A stretch of DNA of 64,000 nt from an uncultured Chloroflexia bacterium (GTDB lineage Bacteria > Chloroflexota > Limnocylindria > Limnocylindrales > CSP1-4), in assembly GCA_963734535.1 (NCBI GenBank), contig CAVTHS010000014.1, forward strand, positions 256,001 through 320,000, in the 5' to 3' direction. Made by a program: the position numbers and the translations under genes. Shown in pieces: positions 22,964 through 31,258 of the stretch (position 1 is the stretch's first letter; each line of letters starts with the position of its first letter). A model generated the notes under the pieces. That model did no database searches. It saw only the letters and a program-made list of their open reading frames with translations, and had not been told where the DNA came from.

Positions 22964-23053
22964 CTAGAACCCCTTCAGTGATGCTCCCCCAGCAATAACG
23001 GCCGCGCCGATAGGCCGACGGTACCGCGAGGAGGGCGCAGTCCGAGTCTTCAT
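22964..23053 (-). CDS. 29-aa micro-ORF, putative signalling-peptide precursor MKTRTAPSSRYRRPIGAAVIAGGASLKGF
   Basis: ATG at 23053 to TAG at 22964, read by hand. Basic N-terminus and C-terminal AAVIAGGASLKGF. The middle is probably distorted by compensating indels, since an alternate frame gives LLAVPSA. Confidence 0.7.
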   Translation of the reverse strand: MKTRTAPSSRYRRPIGAAVIAGGASLKGF

Positions 23054-23083
23054 CACTGGAGACCTAGCTCCCGTCCCCTGCCG

Positions 23084-23116
23084 TCAGAAGCCCTTGGAAC
23101 CGAACTCGGGACCCAT
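23084..23116 (-). CDS. 10-aa micro-ORF MGPEFGSKGF
   Basis: GGAGGG Shine-Dalgarno 6 nt before ATG 23116, TGA at 23084. Shares the C-terminal KGF-stop with the adjacent micro-ORF. Confidence 0.55.
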   Translation of the reverse strand: MGPEFGSKGF

Positions 23117-23267
23117 CGTGTGCCCTCCAATGGGTTTCCGTGCCCCCGCGAAATCACGAAAACCGACCTAACAGATTGGTCGGTCGGTTGCACTAGTCGC
23201 TCCACCTCCCCCCTAAGTGCCCATTTCGGGAGGAGGTATCAGCGCGTCCGCTTGTTCACTTTGCTTC

Positions 23268-23327
23268 CTAGTACCGCGGTACTAGTCGGCGAACCGGACT
23301 TTAGGCTGCTGCGCGAGCAACGGTCAA
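23268..23327 (-). promoter_or_regulatory. Sigma70-like promoter with a downstream perfect 18-bp palindrome (candidate operator) for the peptide operon
   Basis: Minus strand TTGACC-N18-TAAAGT; CTAGTACCGCGGTACTAG at 23268-23285. Confidence 0.5.
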
Positions 23328-23344
23328 TACCGAACCCTCCCTAT

Positions 23345-26300
23345 CTAGCCCAAGAGATCCTCAAGGTGAGGCGGATCAAGGCCGAGGTCCCGCTGACCCA
23401 GTGAGTAGTGTCCGTACTGTTCGGCCGCGGCAGCGTAGGCGCCGACCAAGGTATAGAGCCGTATCACGGTCTTCTCGACCTCGTCGAGTTGCGGGTCAAT
23501 CTCAATGGCCCGCTGAGCGAGGCGCATCGCACGATCGATCTGACCAGTGTCTGCATCGTGCGTCGACCGCGCGCTCCACGATCTCGAGGTATCTCGCGTG
23601 CATCGATGCTCTCGGATCGGGGCCGCCCATTCTTCGTAGGTGAAGTCGAGGGCGAATCGTCCCGAGTAGATCTGTGACACGCGATCGGCCTGGGCCGGGG
23701 TCGCGAGAGCGCCGATCGACGCTGCAATACGTCGATACTCATGGCTTCTGCTCGTAACTAGGTCGGAGTCTAGCCACAGCACATCGGGGTCGTGATGCAG
23801 ATACCCGGGGCTCAAGTCCTCCGACGTAGTCGGGCTCGAATACGCGACGGAGGAAGTAGACGGTCTGGTGCAGTGAGTTGGCGGCCTGCTCCGGATCCTG
23901 ATCCGGCCACAGCGCGTCAAGTACCTGGTCCCGCGTTGCCGACATCTTTGGCTGAGCTAACAGGAAGCAAAGGAGCGCAAGAGCCTTCCGGCGGATCGTC
24001 GTCCCCGGTATCTCCATCGAACCAACCCAGATAACCAATCCGGCCGAGATCGTCGACATAGACCAAGTCGGCAACTCGACGGGCGAGCGACTTACCGAAG
24101 TCTGGATGACGGAGTTGTCCCTTGGACTCCTTCGAAGCCAGCCGGAGTAGGCGAACGTCCTCTTTGGTCCCGATTACCTCCAGGAGGCGGGCGGCTTGCC
24201 ATCGCTCTCGGCCTCCTGGAGCTGCAACGAGAATGCGAATTGGCGATTCGCCAGCGACGCGGGCGTGACTCAGCCTCTGCAGCGGACGACGTCGATCGCA
24301 GCGTCGGACAGGTCGGCGATCCTCCGGAGCACTGCCTCTGCCCGAACGCTCAAGAGCGCGCGATCGCGGAGCCCGATGGCGCTGACGATCGCCGACGCTT
24401 CGTCCGGCGTGGCAGATAGTCCACGCAACAGCGATGCGTCGATAAGGCGACCCAGCGCGCTGCTTGCCGCCGGGCTAACGTTTCGAGCGCTAGTCGAGAC
24501 GCGGGATCAACCGTTCCGAATGCGAGAACTCGCGAATTCAGTGCGCCAGCAGACGCTGGACGTGGAAGGCGGGGTATCCCGTCAGGACTCCGCAGGCATT
24601 CGGCGGATATGTGAGCCCGCGTCGCCTCGCCCACCTCACCAGGTCTTCCAGCCGCGAGAGCTGTCTCCGGTGAGAAGCTGGAAGCACTCCAGGGAGGCAT
24701 CTGGAGCACCCAGAAGGTCGGCCTCCGCAGCAGTCTGAGAGGCGCGCGTCCGGATCGTCGTAGGCTCCAATGATCTCGGCGCCCTCGACGAGGCTCTCAA
24801 ATCGCGTCCCGGCTCTCGCTGCCTCGAGCGAGTGTCACGTCCAGCTTCGCCTCCGCCTCGACCCAATCGCCGTCGTGGGCAAGGGCCCAAGCCTACAGTG
24901 TCTGCACCGACGATATTTCCGTTCCCGCGGAGGAGCGGCTAAGCGCATCCACGGCGCCAGCCGCCCGCGTCGCGGGTTGCGTGCACGTCGCCTCGAGCAC
25001 GCAACATCCACGCGGCATTCAAGAGCGAGATGCCTTGGTAGTGCCAGTAGCCCCGCCGCTCGAATCGGGTTGCGAGGTCCGCGATAGGCATGGATCGACA
25101 CCGCCGAGGTCTCCGTCGACGGGAATGATTCGAGCCAAGTCATGGCATCCGCGAGGGTGGCGATCGCTCGCCGGTTCTTCCGACAGAGATCGCGCCGCCC
25201 AGCGAACGGCGCGTTCGTAGGTCGCCTACCCCATAAGACGCGTTCATCATTGACCCCATCGCGATAGCAACGGTCATGCGACCGGTCGCTTCCTCCGACG
25301 ACACGATCGATGGCACCTGCGGCAGCCGCGGCTGCTCCGGCCGGATCACCGGCACGGAGTCGTCCTGATGCCACTATCACGTCGTGCCAGGCGCCGAGGG
25401 TGGCGGGGTCGAGATGGGAGGCGAGCTGCTCGGCGTCCTTGTAGGCGCCGGAGCCGAGGATGACGGGGACTGCCGCCGAGAGGACTCGGACGGCGTCGTC
25501 GGCCAGGTCGGCGGCGGCGAAGTGGTACGCCGCGACCGACCACGAGGCAGGCTCCGCGGCGCGCGCGATGCGGGCGTGGATCTGGCGGACCGCGATCGCC
25601 CCGACGGCGTCGTGCAGCCGGCCCTCCAGGAACGTCCGGACGAGCGGGTGGAAGAGGCGTCCGGCCTGCCCGGTTCGGCCGCGTCGCGACAGGAGACCCG
25701 CACCCTCGGCGGCGTCGAGGAAGCCGCGAGCGGCCTCCGGGGTGACCTCGGCGGCCGCGGACGCGAGCTCCGGCGTGACGACGGCCAGCAGGCAGCTCCG
25801 CTCGACGAAATCCTGGGCGGCACGTGGCATGCGCCCGACGACCTCCTCGGCAAGGTAGTCGTGCAGGTCGCCCTGCCGACCGGACAGGCCGCGGATGACG
25901 GTCCGAACCTCGTCGCGCGGCCGCCCGCGGACCACGGACTCGACGAGCCGCAGCGTGGCCGCCCATCCCTCGGTGGTGCGGGCGAGGTCGTCGAGGAGGT
26001 CGCGCTCGAGCGGGTCGTGGTAGGTGTCCCGGAAGAGGCGCTCCGTCTCGTCGCGGTCGAATCGCAGGTCGTCGGTGCCGATCTCGGCCGCTTCGCCGAT
26101 TGCGCGGAGGCGGGCGAGGGGGAGCGTTGGCCGCGTCCGCGAGGCGATGACGACCGCCAGCCGGTCGGGACCGCGGACCACGAGCTCACGGACGATCTCG
26201 CGGATCTCCGGGACGTCGTCCACCTGCTGGTAGTCGTCGAGGACCAGCGCCGTGCCGACCACCGCCCAGGCACGAAGCTCCGCCAGGAGTGTCCTGACGA

Positions 26301-26832
26301 TCGCGCTCCGGTTGTCGAGGGTCGCCGCGAGCTCGCGCAGGAGGCCTGCCGTGTTCGGGGCGAACTCCGGATCGATCTCGCGACCGGCGGCGACGATGTG
26401 ATGGATGAACACGGCCCAGTCGCGGTCGTGCTCGTCCAGGCGATACCAGAGCGTGCGCACGCGGGTACGCCGGCTCCAGTCCGCGAGGAGCGTGGTCTTC
26501 CCATAGCCCGGCTCGGCGATGACGAGGGCGAGCCGGGACCGCGTCTTCGCGTGCAGCCAGTCGATCAGCCGGTCGCGCCGGAGCGTCTCCTCCGGGAGCA
26601 TGGGCGGCTGGATCTTGCCGATCTGGACCGGATAGCCGAAGACTTCCACGTCGTCCTGCTGGGCAGCGCTCGGAGTCCGATGCGAGACGGGACCCGGCCC
26701 AACCGGGACGAGGCGTGTCGGGACCGTCTGCGGATCACGGGCGAGCGGGTGTGCCGACCACCGACCGCCCACCTGGGCGTGGGCGGGGGTCAGGGAAGCC
26801 GGGCCGGGAGCCGGGGAAGCCATCGCGGCCAT
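23345..26832 (-). CDS. Large MalT-like STAND ATPase / TPR / wHTH-BTAD (SARP-type) transcriptional regulator, 3' half frameshifted
   Basis: KIQPP..LRRDRL, Walker A AEPGYGKTT, LVLDDYQ, LRFDRDE, TEGWAA, DYLAEEV and FHPLVR. The C-terminus reads RKALALLCFLL..ATRDQVLDALWPD..ANSLHQTVYFLRR, with BTAD motifs YSGRFALDFTYEEWA and AAAAEQYGHY. Confidence 0.8.
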
Positions 26833-26926
26833 CGTGCCGCGAAGTCCTCACCGGCGGCTTATCTGGACCGTCGCCGGGCCTCTCCCGCCCCTGGGGCGGT
26901 TCGCGCTCGCGCGCGGCGTATGCGTC

Positions 26927-27133
26927 TCAGGCGCCCTCGTACTCGAAGCCGATCTTGAGATCGACGCGGTACTCGACGATCTCCCCGTTCTCGACCGCGG
27001 CGGTCGACTTGACGACCTCGACCGTCCGGATGTTCCGGACGGTCCGAGAGGCGGTCGCCACGGCCTGCCGCGCGGCGTCGCTCCACGATTTCGGGCTCGT
27101 CCCGACCATCTCCCGGATGATGATCACGCCCAT
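26927..27133 (-). CDS. Dodecin family flavin-binding protein
   Basis: 68 aa with EMVGTSPKSWSDAA, ASRTVRNI and EYRVDLKIGF. Confidence 0.9.
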   Translation of the reverse strand: MGVIIIREMVGTSPKSWSDAARQAVATASRTVRNIRTVEVVKSTAAVENGEIVEYRVDLKIGFEYEGA

Positions 27134-27255
27134 TCGTGCCCTCCGTGCCCCAATCGCTGCGGTGCGCGGGGTCCCGCGACCGAGGACGGAAGTCTATGCG
27201 CGCCGGCTACGGCGGTGCGCCCCGCGTGCGACGGGCACCGGGTCAACGGAGCCGC

Positions 27256-28614
27256 TTACGGGGCCGCGCCCGCGTAGCGCTCGCCGGCATAGCTGACGAA
27301 GCGCGTCTGGCTCTTCTTGAACCAGAGGTCAACCTCGCCGGTGGGGCCGTTGCGGTGCTTGGCAAGCCGGAGCTTGACGACCTCGCCGTCCGCATCCTGG
27401 TCCTCGCCCCGCTCCTTCTCGCGCCACAGGAACACGACCAGGTCTGCGTCCTGCTCGATTGCGCCCGACTCGCGGAGGTCGGAGAGCCGGGGCTCCTTCG
27501 ACTCGCGCATCTCGGGCTGGCGCGACAGCTGCGAGAGCGCGACGACGGGAACGCGAAGCTCGCGGGCGAGCGCCTTCAACCCGCGGCTGATCTCCGAGAC
27601 TTCCTGGACGCGGTTCGAATCGCGCGCGGTGGATGACGCCTGCATGAGCTGGAGGTAGTCCACGATCACGAGGTCGAGGCCGACCTCCGCCTGCAGCCGC
27701 CGGGCCTTCGTGCGCAGCTCCATGGTGCTGATGTTCGGCGTGTCGTCGATGTAGATCGGCGCTTCGGACAGGCCGGTCATGGCCTTGGAGACGCCCACGA
27801 AGTCCATCTCGTCGAGGAAGCCCGTGCGCAGACGCTGGCTGTCGATGTTCCCGACCGAGCTGAGAAGCCGGAGAACGAGCTGCTCCTTGCTCATCTCCAG
27901 GCTGAAGATCCCCACGCTCTTGCGGGGCGTGTTGCTGATCGCGGCGAACTCCGCGATGTTCAGGGCGAGGCTGGTCTTGCCCACGGATGGGCGAGCGGCG
28001 ATCACGACGAGGTCCGACGGCTGCAGGCCGGTGGTGAGCGTGTCGAGGTCCGCGAAGCCCGTCCGGATGCCGCTGATCTCGCCGCGGTGGGTGTGCAGGT
28101 AGTCGAGCCGGTCGAACGCCTCGTGGAGGAGCGTCCGGAGCGGGCTGAACCCGGCGGCAACGCGGCGCTCCGAGACGGCGAAGAGCTCCGACTCGGCGCG
28201 GTCGATCGCTTCCTGGACTTCCGGCCCGTCCTCGTAGCCGATCCCGGCGATCTTTCCGGCCGCCGCGATCAGGTTTCGCAGCACGGACTTGCGTTCGACG
28301 ATCCGGGCGTACTGGGCGGCGAAGACGGCGGTGGGGGTCTGCTCGGAGAGCGACGAGAGGTACGCACGGCCGCCGATCTGCTCGAGGTCCCCGGCTCGCT
28401 CGAGCGCCTCGGCGACCGTGATGATGTCGATCGGCTCACGGCGCTCCCAGAGCTCCACCATCGACGCGTAGATGCGGCCGTGGGCCTGGCGGTAGAAATC
28501 GTCCGGGTGGACGATGTCGGCGACCTCGATGATCGCGTCGCGATCGATGAGGAGCGCTCCGAGGACGGACTGCTCGGCTTCGATGCTCTGGGGTGGAAGG
28601 CGGTCGAGGGACAC
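27256..28614 (-). CDS. dnaB: Replicative DNA helicase
   Basis: PPQSIEAEQSVLG, AARPSVGKT, IVDYLQLM, ALSQLSR, DLRESGAIEQDAD and AKHRNGPTG. Confidence 0.97.
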   Translation of the reverse strand: MSLDRLPPQSIEAEQSVLGALLIDRDAIIEVADIVHPDDFYRQAHGRIYASMVELWERREPIDIITVAEALERAGDLEQIGGRAYLSSLSEQTPTAVFAAQYARIVERKSVLRNLIAAAGKIAGIGYEDGPEVQEAIDRAESELFAVSERRVAAGFSPLRTLLHEAFDRLDYLHTHRGEISGIRTGFADLDTLTTGLQPSDLVVIAARPSVGKTSLALNIAEFAAISNTPRKSVGIFSLEMSKEQLVLRLLSSVGNIDSQRLRTGFLDEMDFVGVSKAMTGLSEAPIYIDDTPNISTMELRTKARRLQAEVGLDLVIVDYLQLMQASSTARDSNRVQEVSEISRGLKALARELRVPVVALSQLSRQPEMRESKEPRLSDLRESGAIEQDADLVVFLWREKERGEDQDADGEVVKLRLAKHRNGPTGEVDLWFKKSQTRFVSYAGERYAGAAP

Positions 28615-28853
28615 GCGGACTCCGACGCTAGGGGCAGGAACCGGTCAATCGTGGCGGACGGACGGTGCTGACGCCACGGGGATGTCCACGAAGTGGCGGT
28701 GATATCCCCATTCAGCCGGGGCGGGTGGCGGGAAGCGTGGAAAGGGTGTGGACGGCTTCTCCAGGGTGAGTCGAACCGCCTGCGTGCGTCAGGCAGCTGG
28801 CCGTGCGGGCGGTAGTCGGGCGCCGGGCGGCAGCCCGCCGGCGAGTCAGTCTG

Positions 28854-29504
28854 TCAGTCGAGGCGGCGGATCACCCCGATGAGCTTGCCCTGGATTCGGA
28901 CGGCCTCGTAGTACTGCGGCGGATATGCGGGATTCGCAGGCTGGAGCCGGACGCGGCCGTCCTCCTTGAAGAACCGCTTGAGCGTGACCGCGTTCTCCTC
29001 GACCTGGGCGACGACGATGTCCCCGTTCCGGGCCGTCTGCTGGGGACGGATCACGACGTAGTCCCCGTCCGCGATCAGCGCCTCGATCATCGAATCCCCG
29101 CGGACCCGAAGCAGGTAGGCGTCCCCGGAAGGGGCGAGCATCTCGGGCACCGCCTGGTAGTCGCCGACCACCTGGTAGGCCTCGATAGGACCGCCCGCGG
29201 CGATCTCGCCGATCACCGGCAGCATGTGCGCCTCACGGGCAGCGGACTGGGGAGTCAGCTCCGTGGAGAGCCCGAGCGCGATGGCCGCCTTCGGCGTGAA
29301 GCGAAGCATCCGGCTCTGGGCAGCACCGCGCTCCAGGTACCCGTCCTCCTCGAGCGCCTTGAGGTGGTGATGGACGGCCGAGGTGGACGCAAGGCCGACG
29401 GCGCGCGCGATCTCGCGGACAGATGGGGGAACGCCAGTCGACCGGATCATCGCGGCAATGTAGTCGAGGATCTTCCGCTTCCGTTCCGCGTCGTGCTTGG
29501 TCAC
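28854..29504 (-). CDS. lexA: SOS repressor LexA
   Basis: PPSVREIA..GLASTSAVHHHL wHTH, cleavage site IAAG, catalytic GDSM and TLKR. Confidence 0.96.
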   Translation of the reverse strand: MTKHDAERKRKILDYIAAMIRSTGVPPSVREIARAVGLASTSAVHHHLKALEEDGYLERGAAQSRMLRFTPKAAIALGLSTELTPQSAAREAHMLPVIGEIAAGGPIEAYQVVGDYQAVPEMLAPSGDAYLLRVRGDSMIEALIADGDYVVIRPQQTARNGDIVVAQVEENAVTLKRFFKEDGRVRLQPANPAYPPQYYEAVRIQGKLIGVIRRLD

Positions 29505-29531
29505 GCGAGCTCCTTTTCGACCATCGGGGGC

Positions 29532-29560
29532 ATCCTACCGAACGCCCGTTCGATTGTCAA
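29532..29560 (-). promoter_or_regulatory. lexA promoter with an embedded SOS box
   Basis: TTGACA-N17-TAGGAT on the minus strand; CGAAC-GCCC-GTTCG at 29539-29552. Confidence 0.9.
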
Positions 29561-29703
29561 GGCGCTTCGCACCGACGCGTGGTCGAGCCACGCCATCCGG
29601 GCCCGGCGCCCCACTCGGCCGCGGGCCCATACCATTCGGCACTGGCGACGGCCGGTGGTTGCGCCGATGATCCGGTTCTCTCCGCACGTCCAGGGAGACT
29701 GCC

Positions 29704-30129
29704 ATGACACGCGTCCTCGTGGTCCATCACGATGTCGACCTCTCCGACCAGGAGGTGGATGCCCTTCGGCGTCGCGGCTACAACACACAGCAGTGCATGG
29801 GTCCGATCGGGGGGAGCTGCCCCATCCTCTCGGGCCATGCGTGCGAGCTGGCCGCCGGCGCGGACGTCCTTGTCTACGACGCGTTCATGACCGGCGAGCC
29901 CGACGGCGCGCGCCGCCTGGTGGAGGGGATGCGCGAGCTGCACCCAGATTTGCCGATCGTGCTCGTGGCGAACAGCTTCGAGCCGGACTGGGTGGAGACG
30001 GCCGGGGAGCACCGCGTGACGCCCCTGGTGGGACATCCGACGGGGGACCGGCTGGCGACGGCGATCGAGGAGGCGATCTTGCTCGCGCGCCCCGCTCCGG
30101 AGGGCTCGGCTCCGTCCGACTCGGCCTGA
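29704..30129 (+). CDS. Atypical receiver (CheY-like) domain protein with a three-Cys insertion
   Basis: RVLVVHHD, DVLVYD and PIVLVA receiver-like strands; CMGPIGGSCPILSGHAC; GGGAG RBS. Confidence 0.7.
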   Translation: MTRVLVVHHDVDLSDQEVDALRRRGYNTQQCMGPIGGSCPILSGHACELAAGADVLVYDAFMTGEPDGARRLVEGMRELHPDLPIVLVANSFEPDWVETAGEHRVTPLVGHPTGDRLATAIEEAILLARPAPEGSAPSDSA

Positions 30130-30247
30130 CCGAGGTCTCAGACACGCACGTGGGCCGGTCCCTCGCGACTGGTAGACTTCCCGTCCCGGCCGCTCGCGCG
30201 CGTCGCGTGACGACGACGCCGGGTTCGCGGAGTGCGGCGACACCAGG

Positions 30248-30790
30248 ATGGCACGGATCGATCGGCGTTCGGCCGGGCGCGTGAGGAGAACGGGGCGGCC
30301 GGAGCGTCCGCGACGGGGCGCGATGGTGGGTCGGTCCCTGACGGCGCTCGCCCTGCTTCCACTCGCCAGCCGCCTGCCGTCCTACGGGCGCCTCACCCTC
30401 GACCTCCTCGCCGACGAGCGGGTCTCGGTTGCCCGCAAGGCGATCCTGGCCGGCGTCATCGTCTACGCGGTCTCGCCGCTGGACCTCATCCCCGACCGCG
30501 TCCCGGTCCTGGGCGCGATCGACGACCTGGTCGTCGGGGTGCTCGGCGTCGAGCTCTTCCTGGCAGGCCTCTCGACCGAGCTGATCGACGAGAAGCTCGA
30601 CCGCCTGGGGATCCCGCGAGCCGCCTTCGACGAGGACCGCGCCCGGGTCCGGCGCACCATCCCCCGCCCCGTCCGCCGCATCGTCAACCGTCTCCCCGCC
30701 ACGATGGAGAGCGCCGGTCGCGTCACCCGCGACCTGGAGCTCGGCCGACACGTGCGCGGCTGGCTCACCAAGGAGGGTTCCCCCGCGTGA
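30248..30790 (+). CDS. YkvA/DUF1232 family protein
   Basis: YAVSPLDLIPDRVPVLGAIDDL signature. Confidence 0.85.
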   Translation: MARIDRRSAGRVRRTGRPERPRRGAMVGRSLTALALLPLASRLPSYGRLTLDLLADERVSVARKAILAGVIVYAVSPLDLIPDRVPVLGAIDDLVVGVLGVELFLAGLSTELIDEKLDRLGIPRAAFDEDRARVRRTIPRPVRRIVNRLPATMESAGRVTRDLELGRHVRGWLTKEGSPA

Positions 30791-31233
30791 AGGTCATCCT
30801 GACCACCGACGTCGCCAAGCTCGGAAAGAGCGGCGAGCTCAAGGACGTGGCCGAGGGCTACGCTCGCAACTACCTGATCAAGTCCAACCTGGCGGTCCCG
30901 GCCGCCGGCGGCGCCTACCGCGCGTGGCAGCACGACATCGCGAGCCGCGAGGACAAGCGGAAGCGCGAGCGCGAGGAGGCCGAGATCGCGGCGAACCGGA
31001 TCGGCTCGACGACGCTCACCATGGGCGTCAAGGTCGGCGAGGGCGGCAAGCTGTACGGCTCGATCACGACCCAGGACATCGCCGACGCGCTCGGCCGCCG
31101 CGGGATCGTCGTGGACAAGCACAAGGTTGACCTGGACCAGCCGCTCAAGTCGCTGGGCACCTACAAGGTCGCGATCAAGGTTCACGCCGGGATGACGCCC
31201 GAGGTCACGGTCATCGTCGAGCCCAAGGGCTGA
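30787..31233 (+). CDS. rplI: 50S ribosomal protein L9
   Basis: MKVILTTDVAKLGKSGELKDVAEGYARNYL and GKLYGSIT; GTG start after AAGGAGG. Confidence 0.97.
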   Translation: MKVILTTDVAKLGKSGELKDVAEGYARNYLIKSNLAVPAAGGAYRAWQHDIASREDKRKREREEAEIAANRIGSTTLTMGVKVGEGGKLYGSITTQDIADALGRRGIVVDKHKVDLDQPLKSLGTYKVAIKVHAGMTPEVTVIVEPKG

Positions 31234-31258
31234 CGCCGGGCCGCGGCCCCGGAACCTC

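Noticed and set aside
23053-23193. 46-aa minus-strand ORF (MQPTDQ...ELGLQ) with an SD, whose TGA overlaps the precursor ATG
   Set aside because: No recognisable features, and it overlaps the better-supported 10-mer out of frame. It could be a translational-coupling uORF but cannot be supported in this error-rich region.
23117-23344. c-di-GMP-I riboswitch upstream of the HD-GYP operon
   Set aside because: No GGCAAAC..GAAA..GACGCAAA core could be found by eye; an Infernal search is needed to exclude it.
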